Origin: Macrostomum lignano | Taxonomy: Eukaryota | Assembly: GCA_002269645.1 (NCBI GenBank) | Contig: NIVC01003372.1 | Coordinates: 1 to 64,000, forward strand | Direction of reading: 5' to 3' | Length of the DNA stretch: 64,000 nucleotides | In this document: positions 1-11,966 of the stretch, piece by piece | Numbering within the stretch: the stretch's first letter is position 1 | Layout of the letters: every line of letters begins with the position of its first letter | Made by a program: the position numbers and the translations under genes | The notes under the pieces: model-generated | What the model saw: only the letters and a program-made list of their open reading frames with translations | Told to the model about the DNA's origin: nothing | Databases searched by the model: none

Positions 1-130
1 AACCAACCCGCCTACCTTTTGTATTCAACTTAAACAACAGAATACGGCTCGTATGTGAACTGAATAGAAGTGGAAATAAAAAACTAAAAAAGCTGCATCA
101 GTTGCCACCCATTCACGATATAATATAATA

Positions 131-1289
131 TCATGCATAATGATGGGGATGGTGAGGTGATGATGAAATACGGAGGCAGAAGTGCACTAAGTCACACATA
201 CATGCAGTGACTAGCCCAAGTAAAGGCTGCTTGCTCTGTAAGTGCGACGCAAGAAACCCCCCCATCCCAAATTTGAGCGTCGTTCCGTCGCACTTCAAGA
301 TTCGTCGGGTTGATAATAGTTTTCGCTGAGTTGTCGTCATGAAGACGAAGTGTCGCCCGTTTGTCTCAGGAACTGTCACATCCTGCAAATGAAACTGGGC
401 AGGTACATGTCTAGGATCAACTTGAAATGTACGTCAACAGGTTCCATAGGGCGATCTTTTTTGCGTCTGTAATTTGCATTGCGACTAATGACTCAATACT
501 AAGCACCTCCTGCACTTCAGGTGAAAATTCTCTTACCTTCTCCTCCGCGATAATTCTAGCAGAGGTAAAACAACATGCGCTTTGCTCCCTCCTTTACCTC
601 CTTTGCTGCCTTTCTCTTCTGAGCTGGCCGATCAACTGGATCGCACGTGTGCGGAGCAAGGGATTCTATGGTTCCATCAGCACGGCGGACTGCGGAGCCA
701 TGACAGTGCAGTGATAAACGCTTAGTGCAGCGATAGTATGTGTTGCCATTTCGCCGCGTTTTTTCATCCATCAGATGGCCAAGGTCTCGTTGGACATACT
801 ACACTAGAAGGTCTTTTCCGTGACTGCATCCTGCACCTGTAAGAATCTCAAAGGGCTGGGGAGGTGGGCTGCGAGGCGTGCAAGCTCTGCTGGAGGAATT
901 TGAATGGATTCTTCCAGAGCTGGATCAGGGTCATTGAAATCTGGATACTGGTAAAGAAAATTTTCTGCTTGTGCCGGAATCAAATGCACTGGTTCTGGAT
1001 TTTCAGCAGGCAGAGGAACAGCCGCTGGTCCAGAATTCGGGGCTTGTACATGTACCTCTGCAGCATCTGCAGCTTGAGACACTGCTAAGTTACCTGCAGG
1101 AGCCCGTCTATTGCATTGATTGCAAAGCCAAAAAAACTCACCGACATTTCTCATTGCAGAATACTCATCGATTGTGACGCAACTATCGCATGCACGGTGC
1201 TGCCAATTCAAGCATTGAGAACACTCAATTGCTTCTTGTCCTTCGCAAACTGGCTGCAGACAGACTACACATGGATATGCGCCTGCCAT
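131..1289 (-). mobile_element. Decayed Mutator-like (MULE) transposase: PHD finger + FLYWCH-type zinc finger + start of DDE domain, frameshifted
   Basis: ORF 804-1289 has a C4HC3 PHD pattern (CVVC..CSQC..HRAC..CNQC). ORF 556-771 has YYRC-x5-C..H-x-C (FLYWCH/WRKY-like). Bases 388-131 read RHFVFMTTTQRKLLSTRRILKCDGT, resembling the RHLIF..Q..LL......DGTF motif of invertebrate MULE transposases. The segments lie in different frames. No TIR was found. Confidence 0.75.
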
Positions 1290-3231
1290 TTTGTATCTAA
1301 GTGCTTAGACTACTGTCAGTGAATGAGACAGATGAATTTTGAACAGGGCATGAAATTTACCCAGTTTTTATTCCTTTAAACAAGTAAATTAGTCTCGACC
1401 AATAAGAGAAATGGAAAAAGCTACACCAGATTTTATATGAAGAAGAGATTTGTTTAATACGAAATATGTTTACACCTCTTTGGGGCCTACTATAAGTAGG
1501 AAATTAAGACTCGTAACCATTTTTGTTTTAGCCCTGCAATATACTAATAAAATTTTGACTGCCTGTCTAAACCCCCCCATTGCAACCCACATCTCCCCAC
1601 CCGAAGCTATCCAATAGTAAACCAGCTGTCATTTTCCGTGACCCCCACCCCAGCTGTGGCCATCTTGGTGTGTGGCCATCTTGGTCTTACACCCCTAGCT
1701 ACCCTTTTTGTACACTGGAAAATCCTGTTGTACATTTCGCCTTCCAAACTATGGCACATAGGCCAACTGTATCAGTGGTATCACAACAATCATTATATAT
1801 TAGCCTAGAATTAGAAAGGTCAAAGCAAAGGCTTTGCACGGCAAGCAAGCAAAGCCCATTTCCTTGAATTAGCCATGGCTATAACTAATAGCTTAATGAA
1901 AATATTAGCCCCATAGGCTATTATATATTAAGTTTTCTCACTGAAACCAAAATAATGGCTGAATGATTTTTAATCCATTTAGGCCCTACCTATGCTATAT
2001 AGTATGAATGTAAATCTGAATTAAATTACAAAATCATAGGCATAAGCACAGATAGGCATAAACAATTTTGATTGAAAATTATGGTTAGAGAATTTTCCAG
2101 TTGCAGAATAAGACTAGAAGGCATGAAACCTGGACTTTTTAGGCTATAAAGCCTAAGGTAATATGTTTATACTGCACAAGAGAAGATGCAGAATGCAATT
2201 AGAATATTCGGATAATTGTGTTGAGATAAACAAAAATTAATACTAGTTTCGTCAAAAAAAATTATAAAACAGTAATCAAGTCACAAAATATAGTTTTTTA
2301 TACTTCATAGTTTAAGTATTCATTTACTTCATTTTAAGTATAATTTGGTGCACAGTTTTTCTAATATAAGTATTTTAAGTCATAAATTGGGTTTATAACA
2401 TGATTCTTCAAAAACAAAGTCATATTTCAGTGAATAGCGCTACGTCCTTTTTGTTTTCTTATGTTCATAATATTACATGTAAGTTTCATTTCAGTCTGAT
2501 CAAACAACTCAATGAATAAATACGTAAGTGGCATTAAATAACAGTTCCCATGCAGATTACATAAATTGTAATTGCAGTGTGCAGCAGAAGTGCAAGATTT
2601 GTAATTTAAAAATTCTATTCCCTCTACTCAAACAAGTAGTATCTTAAAAATTGAGAATTACAGGAATTGCAATCTTCGTATAAAACGAAATTGTAATTTT
2701 ATGAAATTGCCTTACGAAAATTGCATTTATGTACGAAACCGTAATAAAATTATAAGATTAATAATTTCTTCGCAATTTCGGGGGTCATGTGGCCCGCGGG
2801 TCGCTGTGTATTGGGGGAGGGGGAGTGCGCGTGTTCTGCGTTCAACGCAAATAAAACCCTCGCGTGTTTGGGGAGCAGTTAAATTTAATGATCCCCTCGG
2901 AAAAGGGGTTGGGCTTAGGCTGTGTGTACATAACAGTTGTACAATGTAAGCAGATAGCTAGGACTGTGCCGAGATTCAATTGGTTTTATTATCGGCGCCT
3001 TTAGTCAGCCCCTGCATTGGCTGGGCGGACAGACTGGTCGGGGCTAAAGGCTCTTTTTTATTGATTTTTACAGACGAAAAATCTTGTACGCTGGGTCCTT
3101 CTTAAGGAGGCGAATTTTCAATTCAGGTTTATTTCTCTCCAAATCATAATCGATTGTGATCTCCAATCTGATCTGCCGATTTTGCAATTTTCTTCTGTTT
3201 ACTCATTTTTTATATTTACTATTTGCTTAAA

Positions 3232-4113
3232 ATGCCACCGAAACGCGGAAATATTTCCCGTTCTACACGCGCTGCATCGGCAGCCAAGAAGCGCAGGGCG
3301 TCGGAGACACCCGACGAGCGCCATCATCGTCTTGAAGCAAATCGACTGCGCACAGCTGAATGCCGTGAAGCCGAGGACGAGGCGGTCCATCTGCATCGCC
3401 TGGAGGCGCAGCGGCAGCGCCAGAGTCAGCATCGCGCGGCTGAGTCTGCTGACGACTGCGAAGGCCGTCTACACGCACAGGTAGATTGGCGTGGAGATAG
3501 CTAAAAGGGGTTCTTATATTTTATTCTGCTATTCAAACAGACATTTCGTCATTTCGTCAAATGGTAGATAAAACAGAGCCCATTTCTGTTTTAAATTTAA
3601 GTTAAAAAAATTTTCTCATTAAGTAATATAATGTCCTGCTAAGTTAGGATAAATATATTTAAGATGGACTTTACAACTATTTGCTTAAGCGATGGGTTTC
3701 TAAGAAAAGAAGAATGGGTTTGCTTTGAAAGAAGTTTTTAAAAATTAAAATGTTTTTCTTAGTAACACTTCACTTTAAAAAACCATTATACCTACCTTCC
3801 ATGCACACATCTCTATTCTCTTTACCACACTTTTTGACGAAATGACAAACATGACTATTTAAAAGGGTATTTGACGAAATTTCCGGTCACCTTATGTGCG
3901 GCTGCTCATTCTTGGAGACTATTAAACTTTCTGCATGTAGATCTGGATTTTCAAGGATAAGTCCTGATAAAAATGCTCTTTTTTCATTGCCACAGGCTGC
4001 TGGATCTGGCACACCAGCCACATGTGCTCGGTCGCATGGACCGCCAATGTCCGCACTGAAGGGCGCTACGCTGGAAGGACGAGCCAGCTAGCATTTGCTG
4101 CCGTGCTGGAAAG
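3232..4113 (+). mobile_element. Helitron RepHel 5' remnant (STPR repeats + zinc-finger exon), pseudogenised
   Basis: 3232-3480 reads MPPKRG followed by 23-aa repeats (ETPDERHHRLEANRLRTAECREA / EDEAVHLHRLEAQRQRQSQHRAA), with a GT donor at 3481. The exon at 3996-4113 (cacag|...aag|gtgagt) reads LGRMDRQCPH*RALRWKDEPASICCRAGK, the CPHC.AL.W..E....CC..GK motif of Helitron RepHel N-termini, with TGA at 4057-4059 in place of Cys. No Rep or helicase sequence follows. Confidence 0.75.
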
Positions 4114-4566
4114 GTGAGTTGACATTCTTTATTTAGTATACTAAATTTCGTGCTCACTCAAGCTCACTGCTGTCTTTTGATTCTATAATTGAGACTAAAA
4201 GTAAAAATATATTGTCACTTGCTTTTATCTAAAATTAAATTATGCAAACAAATAAAAGAAATGCAGATGATCAATGGACAATGAGCAACCATTATTTAAA
4301 ATCTGTTGAACACATGCTTAATTTCTGTAAGTAGTGTAACAATTCAAAAAGAAGTGAGAAACATGTAACACGCATGTTAACAAATCATTTTTGTTGGAAT
4401 TTTAGCTTTAAGAAAAAACAGAGAATCTAGGAAATTAATTATTTCTTAACTCTCATACCTACACTATTTTTTGTGTCGAGAAAAAGAATTTTTTAAGACT
4501 TGTCACCTGTTGTTATGATAAACTATCTTTTCAATCAATTTATTATTTAACCTTATTTGAAGACAC

Positions 4567-4850
4567 GTGAGGGGTTGAGAAAGTTTTCTTGGAAATGGGT
4601 TGATTGAAATTAGTTGCTGACACCAATGAAGTGGGGCGAATTCCACGTTTGAATTGCCGCCGGCGTTGAGTTCACACGAATAATCCGGAAATCGCGCAGA
4701 CGAATCACAACGAAATCCTTTCTCCTGTTTTACTCCAAATGCCGGGTTCTCTAGTCTGGGGGGGAGGGTAGTCGTAATCGTAGCGGAGCAGTCGTGTAGC
4801 GGCGCGGTCGTTCAAATGATGAGACACCGTAAATTTGCTGAGCTTGTTAC
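4567..4850. repeat. Conserved structured core, copy A (truncated)
   Basis: Shares ttgccgccggcgttgagttc..ccggaaatcgcgcagacgaatcacaacg and gagggtagtcgtaatcgtagcggag..gttca..gacaccgtaaa with copies B-G. Similarity stops at ~4850. Confidence 0.85.
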
Positions 4851-5858
4851 CCGTAACGCAAAATTTCGTATCGATACGTATCGGAGACGACCCCCTGAAT
4901 TCCCAAAGTCTCGTCCCAGGGATAGTACTTTTGATAGTTGTAGATACGTATCCGATATGTAATTTTGAGACGTCCTAGGGACGGTCCCAGGTGACTTCTA
5001 TGAGACCTTAATAATGACAATCCACCACAGGCATATTGCTCTTACTTTTTGCACTTTTGAGTTTTGCAATCACGTGACCTGGCTGCTTGACTGAAATGTC
5101 AGACTTTTTTGACAGTTTTGGGGAACTGATACGTTGACAAATAACAAAGGCGAAAGTGAAAAATTAGCAACTGAGAATTTTCACTGAGCAATGCAATTTC
5201 TTTTCTCTTTAAAGAGACGTAGCAAAAAGGTTTTATTGGCCGACCAAGTCGGACTACGTCGGCGAATAAAACGTCAAGCCTGACGGGCAAGCCGGGGGAG
5301 TTATTAGTCGCTCTCTACGTCTGCGTCGTCGTCGATCTGTCTGTCACATTTCGATTTCCGCATCATTCGTTTTAGAATGCTGCCGATAAAAGAACGGGCA
5401 CCGACGCATCCTAACTGACGTCGCAGTGATTTTGAGTCCAGCACGATTCATGAAAAGTTGGATTTTAGATTTTGCCACAACTATACGTCTTTATTTAAAA
5501 AATAAATAACGCAAATTAAGAGACTCACCGATTGCACAGTCGGCCACTGGCGCAGGTAGTTTTTGCTCCCCCCCCCTCTTCGACCTTCCATATTGTATTG
5601 GCACAAAACGGAAGGTTTTGCTGTCAATATCAGCATTTTCAGCATTAGTTTGACAGCATTTTCTGCCCGACTAGCACAATACTTCCTCTACAAGAAGGGT
5701 TACGGCAAATAATTAGTGATTGGTAACAACAGCAAAGCTCCAATTGAGTAACTCACATAATTATTGCCATTTGGGAATTCAGAAGAAAGATATTAGGATA
5801 TGCAAAAATGTTTTCCACAAAATTTAAAGCATTTTATTGAACTATAAAGTTCAAGATT

Positions 5859-7053
5859 GTTTGTTTGTTAAACAAAAGGGTCCTAAGGGGGACCCGCGGA
5901 TCAGCCACATGGAAGGGCTCTGCCGCGACAGGCACTGCCAGGGGCACAGCATTAGCTGTTTTTAGAGCCCGATATACCCCGATTGGGATGGAGATTGGGC
6001 CCGGCATAAAGCACGGGAGGCGAAGTGGACCTAAACCTACGGTACAAGACACCGCCAAACCAACAGTGGAATCAGGGACGGTGCTAAGACCGAGTCCACC
6101 CAGGCCACCCCCCCCCCCAGCAGACAGGTCCTCGGGAGTGCGCGAAAAACAGAATTGGATATACTACTTAAAGCCGTCCAAGAGCGGGGAAACCCAGAAG
6201 TCTTGGAAAGGAGCCGTCCAAGAGCGGGGAAACCCAGAAGTCTTGGAAAGGGCTAACTATTGGAGCGAGTCTGGGAGGCTTGTATCCGAGGGCGAGTCTC
6301 CTATCAAGAGGTAAACCAGAAAACCCTCCTATAGGGCTGCAAGCCACAAGGGCATCGCCTATCCAGCTCATTATTGGGGGGCAGGCCAAGGGGTCGAGAA
6401 GAGGCACCAGGGGCAAGAGGACACCAGACTCAGCCGGTTGTCCCCGGTACGGGACGAACATCCTTCCCAGGACACCAATCCACTGTCAGGATGAGAGCCA
6501 GAGACACGCAAGCAGGGACCGTCAGCAGGAGCCAGTAGATGGACCCAAAAACAGAGCAGGGTGGACCGGGCAGTGGCAGAGCTCATTACTCCGAGAGATT
6601 GGACGGCTACATAGGCCGGGATTTGATAAAACCAATACTGTAATGGGACTAAAACATAACTGGAGGAGCACCTGAAACCACACAGGCCCCCTCAACCTGT
6701 TACCCGGGGCTCAGCCTCAGGGCTGGCAGTCTACTGGGCCTACCGTGCACCTTTGTGAATCGGTCATTTTCTTTCCTGCAGGGCGGGTACGACCGGGGGG
6801 CTCAGTCCCGTCCTAGCCACACTGCAGTCCAGAGTACCTACTCACTCTGGGCACCCCCCCTTAAACCAAGGCCGAGGGCCGAAATTCTATTGGTTAGAAA
6901 AGATAGGGTATATTTTTGAACAGGCACAGCCCCTCCGGGGCGGACCCTTAGTTATTGGGCTAGCCGAAGCCAGGCCAATCGGATTGCGCGCAACCCTTAG
7001 ACAAGCTACCAGAGAGGCAACCAGGGTAAAAACAGTCAGAGACCGTCTTTACG
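5859..7053 (-). mobile_element. 1.2-kb non-coding retroposon with SL-like 5' head, 3' stem-loop and (AAAC)n tail
   Basis: Exact 12-bp TSD AAGTTCAAGATT at 5847-5858 and 7054-7065. The minus-strand 3' end is gggtcc-ccctta-ggaccc followed by ttttgtttaacaaacaaac. The minus-strand 5' end is CGTAAAGACGGTCTCTGACTG. There is an internal 40-bp tandem duplication at 6172-6251 and no recognisable ORF. Confidence 0.8.
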
Positions 7054-8147
7054 AAGTTCAAGATTACCGTAAAATGTATTGTGCATAAATTATAAAATGA
7101 TAAGGGCTACAGGCCTAGTCTGTTTTTATAAATTTGCTTAACTAGCTATTACTATTATTACCTCATTCACAAATATGATTTAACATTTGTGACTAAAGAA
7201 TGTACACTGAAGATACTAAACTAAAGTCATATTATACTGGATAGAATAATCCGCATAACTGTGGCTTCTAATTGATATTGATATGAATATGAATCTGAAT
7301 CAGAGAGTCTGTACGACATACATACGACCGACCCACACGACGTTACAAAAATCAGGGACGGCAAAAATCAGAGAAGGGACGAATTCAGTCCATGGACGGG
7401 AAGAGGAATAGAACTAGCGATGGACGAGAGAAATAAAAAAATCAGCGGATGGGGAACTTTTTAAAAAATTATTTTCGCATGCAGTTATTGTTATAAAGTT
7501 CAGATTTCAACCGTGGCATCCCGCCTGCCACCAATACGTACCTTTTACTTCAACTTGATAAGTTACTGTGACGTTACCAAAAACGTAGCTTTTAAATACT
7601 AAAAAATGTCTGTTTTAAAGTATTAAAATGACTGAATTTGTTTGGCACCATAATAAAAAGTAATTTTAAGTACCTTTTAAACACGAAAAACATATCTGTT
7701 CGTTCGATTTTATTGAAACGTATTTGAGACCTATCTGATGCGTCCGATTGTTATTCGGGTTCAAAGCGAGGGACGGAAACCATGTATAGTTTGATCATAA
7801 GTTTGATTATTTGCATGGGTCTGGGGGCGCAACGAGAGGCAGACGAGAGCTCGCTTTTGATCATCAAAGGTTTGGGCGCCATTGCTACTGGTGTTTCAGT
7901 GTGCGCATTATGTCTCCTTCTTATATTAAATGTGCATGTGCAGTGTCATTCTTCGTTTTATGCGAAATTTTTTCACACATTTACCTACATTATTTTTGTT
8001 TGCTCTGTTTCCTGCATGCTCATTTGCATTTTTACATCTCACACAACCTCATTTTTCTCAATGTGAGAAATATTTCGCATAAAACGAATTTAACTATTTT
8101 AGTTAAGCCAGTAGATTTTTAGTAATTATTAGAGATTTAGTATATTG

Positions 8148-9371
8148 TGTGATGCCTGCGCTTCCTACTCTTTGATGACTACTGCTGCTGCCTACTAGCA
8201 CACTCTGTCTGTCCTCAACAACTAGCACGGCAGGTAGCTGGCCTGAGTGGTCTATCACTATGGTCCGAGAACCCTTAGTCTCTATTAAGTTACAATCAGA
8301 TATTAAACCGAGTTGGTAGTTGGGTTGCTGCCACCTTGTAGGTCTACAGGTAATATCCTTGACAGGCTGTCCCTAGGTAGGCCTACTGTTAAGTAGAGAA
8401 TGAATAAGACAAGACAAAGTCAGTTAACGTTTATTAATGTGAATAACGGTCACAGGCCGATCCTAAAATATCGTTTAATTGCTCAACTGGTGTCGCAGTA
8501 ACAATCCGTAAGCCTATGAGGTGTCGCTGATGTTGCCCAACAGCGTAGGATGTAGGCCACGAGACCAGGTCCAGACGGTGTTGAAGGTCTGGCGAGCTGA
8601 AGACACAAAAGGCCTGCGGCAGTCTTAACGAGCAATGGCAGCTGCAACAAATGTTTGCTTGCTGGTTATCCCTAGGAAAAGCGTCTAGCGAATTTGCCTA
8701 AGCTAGTTAGTCTAGGAAAAGCATATAGGAATACTAGCTCTTGCTCGAAGCCAAGCAGGCAGTCTCCGAACGAGGATCGGAAGACGAGGATCCGAAGATC
8801 GAGAGCGAGATGGTCTCTTTTGGGCCTTCACCTACTCTGTATTTATACTAAAATCTGGGGGTCTCAGGGCCAATGGGAAGCTCAGAGGCAGTTCCGTGGC
8901 AGATTCCATGGCAGTTCCGTGGACTACCCGGAGCCAGGAACGATCTTGGAGATGTCCATAAGACATCTGCCTCATCACGAGGCCTCCGCATGGCCTACTG
9001 GTACACTGCTTGCATGTTGCAGCATGCAAGGAGTGCAACAAGACCCCACGAGAGCCTACCCCGGGCGGAGAGCTATGCTCTCGTTCCCGCTGACTAACTA
9101 AGACTACTAGGGAGAAATATCCCACTGACTAATGTTTCTATTTTTAGCCCATTGCAGACTGCGCTAGGGGGAGAGGGGGAGAGAGTTTCTCTCCCTGTCC
9201 CGCGACAGCTGCACACCTGAGCCTGCACAAGGGAAGAGGAGGAAGGGACGGGAGCGCTGCAAGCGCACAGGCCCTATGCCCAGCTCCCACTGCTACAGCC
9301 CAAGCACTAAATGACTGTGGCTAAGAGGGGATCCCAGGAGCAGCCTATGCTAGCAATGCTGGATCACCACA
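8148..9371 (-). mobile_element. Solo LTR (~1.22 kb), probably Ty3/Gypsy-type
   Basis: TGTG...CACA termini with an imperfect inverted repeat (tgtgatgcc / ggatcaccaca). 4-bp TSD ATTG at 8144-8147 and 9372-9375. Minus-strand TATAAATA at ~8839-8846 and AATAAA at 8430-8435 are in U3-R-U5 order. Confidence 0.65.
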
Positions 9372-9693
9372 ATTGTACGGTCATATTCAATTTTGTCTAA
9401 TTTTTCAAAAAAATCGAATTTATTGAATTAATTGAAATCATTTTCAATTCTTTCAATTTAATTTGATTAAAATTTATAATAAGTAAACTAATTAAAATAA
9501 AATCAAGAAAGTTATAGTTTTCTGCAAATCAAATATTTATTTTACTAGTGTCCAAATTCCTCTATAAAAGAGTAGTTAGTCGATATGAAATCTATAATGT
9601 GCATTTTTTGTTGTTTAAGGATAGTTCTTGATTTATTCTATTACTATTTACATTTTATTCAATTGTATTCAATGTAAAAATGAAGAATTCTAT

Positions 9694-9953
9694 GGGCCTT
9701 TTCATATTGCTTGCTCTGGTTCCAGAACCAGAATCAATTTGTGAAGTATAACTTTTTGTCTCCATAACTAGAGGGAGATACGTGCTATAAAGTTTTTATT
9801 ATTGAATGACAATCACCAAGAAGAAAGTGAAAAATTGTGCTAAGTTAGGTTGTTAAGGCAGTCAAATATTAACAGAGTTTAAGAGTTATACTGCTGTTTT
9901 TCTTGGAATTCCGAACCGATTCTGGTTCTGGAATTGGTAATATGAAAAGGCCC
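9694..9953. mobile_element. MITE, PIF/Harbinger (Tourist)-like
   Basis: Imperfect ~40-bp TIRs: gggccttttcatatt..tccagaaccagaatc and gattctggttctggaa..aatatgaaaaggccc. The 3-bp flank TAT is present on both sides. GGGCC termini with a 3-bp AT-rich TSD are typical of PIF/Harbinger. Confidence 0.6.
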
Positions 9954-10465
9954 TATTTTCAACGTAAAAATTAACATTCTTAATTGGTCGAATCACCTTG
10001 ACTTTCAAAAGATATGTACTGTAAACTGTATTTCTAAATTCAACCTTTTAAGACGTAAGACTTCTAAATTCACTGATTAAGTTAAACAGATCGAAATCCT
10101 TTCGAGTGCATGCTAAATAATTTCGCACTGATTTCTTGCACACGATAAATTATGTTTGGGATTAAGAGCAGAGAAACAAAATATTGTGCTCAAAAACATT
10201 TCCTTTGTCGATTTCTTGTTCTTTTATTTTTGCGAAAGAAATGAAACTGCGTATTTTAAATAAAAAATTTAGTAAAAATCCATTTTTTCTAAAATATTTT
10301 GTCGTTGTCTTCCGTAACAAAGATTAACAAATAGATTGATTTCTTCTCATACTTAAGTTTTCTTGTGGTTTTAGTAGCAGATTCTTATAGAAATTGTCAA
10401 AATAAATTTTTTTGTACGATCATTGGTCCATGTACAAACTTTTTTTCAATAACAAAAAGTTGTGT

Positions 10466-10900
10466 GAGGTGGGGGTGGAGAAGAAATTTGTTGGGCGGCG
10501 TTTGAATTCGGCGGTTTGAATTGTTGGTCGACACCAGTGAGGTGGGGCGGATTCTACGTTTGAATTTCCGCCAGTGTTGTCTCGGCACTCGTTAACCCGG
10601 AAAATTTCACGAATGATGTGTGGATTCTTCTCCTTGGATACTTCGTCTGCCGGGGTCCTCAATTCCGGGGGGAGGGTAGCCGTAATCGTATTCGAGCGGT
10701 CTTGTAGCGGCCCGGTCGTTCAGAATGGGTCCTCAGACACCGTAAAATTCGTAAACTGTCGAAATGCTGTTTTGTTACTGTCAGTAGTAAAGTAGCGCTG
10801 CCACCACCGTAATTTCGTATTACGGAACGATAAGGGTCTCAGAGCTTTCTTTGAGTTGAGACTGATTGGTTATTTTACGCCCCGCGGGCAAATGACTCAA
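10466..10900. repeat. Conserved structured core, copy B
   Basis: Runs gaggtgggggtggagaag ... gccggggtcctcaattccgggggagggtag ... gtagcgctgccaccaccgtaatttcgtattacggaacg ... ttttacgccccgcgggcaaatgactcaa. Confidence 0.9.
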
Positions 10901-11966
10901 TAGAGACTGGGGCTTCGATTAAGAACAACTGAATAAGCAATTATTATTATTGTGAACTAAATATTATCGCTATTATTAAAGTAATAGATAAATTGTTATT
11001 ACTATTGTTGTTAACTATTAAAAGAAAAACCTCGAGAGATGGATTCGGCCGTGCCGAGGGCGAGCTAATAAATTACAAGCGCTTAGTCGAGAAGGCTGTT
11101 CTAGTTAAACGCAAATTAAATATTAACAGCAGACTCGTCAAGTCAGTATTCAAAAGTCAGAGAACAAAAGTAAAGTAAAGAGCAAAGCGAGCAAAGCGCA
11201 TGAGCAAAAGGTTCCAACAACAACGTTGTAAATATTAATTTTGCAAGGATAACCCAGGGGTTAGGACAAAGGATGGGACAAGGGAAAGGACAACGAAGGA
11301 AAATGGGAAAAACTTCAAAGCACTAAAACAACAGAGGCCACGGGAGGGAACAGCGAAAGGAGCAGACGAAGGAGCAAGGGCGGGGACAACCGGGGGAACA
11401 AACATGGGAACAAACATTGAAAGCATGACGTCAACCGTCATCCGATGGAGTCTAGCTGGTCGTCCCGCCGTTGTCCGCGCTGGAGGCCTGCCGTCGTTCA
11501 CCCCAGTGGTAGACCGGCCTAGCACATGTGACCTAGCTTTGAGAACGACCCTACGTCGAATCGTCTAAACTTCTATTTCGAAAATTTCTCCAAATACATT
11601 GCCCTATAATATATTGGCCTAACAGGCTAATTGCCTGAGCCAAATTCTTACTACTACAGGCAGTGGGAAGGAAGTTTACATTAAGAGTAAAAATTTCGAT
11701 GACGTCAGGATGGCGCAAATGCAAATACCGAGTTAGTAATTCCGCACAGTGACATACATCGGGTGGAGCGGAGTCCGGCGGACAAGTAGCGGCCTCGCCT
11801 GCCACACTCTCCTGCTAATATTTCAAAGGCTCGTTTGCCCCCTGCATATGCCACTATGTGACGCGACCCTTCTTTGTTCGGTGCTGACGGCTATGCACTA
11901 TCAATAATAAATTGAGTCTTCGTAACAAGAGAGTCTTATGTTTGAACTTTGACTGATTGTATTTAA

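Noticed and set aside
5834-6675. ORFs within the SL-headed element
   Set aside because: They are overlapping short ORFs in GC-rich DNA with no RT, endonuclease or other recognisable motif.
10725-10740. Hammerhead ribozyme from CTGAGGA on the minus strand of cores B, C and G
   Set aside because: There is no stem II plus GAAA downstream, and the motif is absent from other copies.
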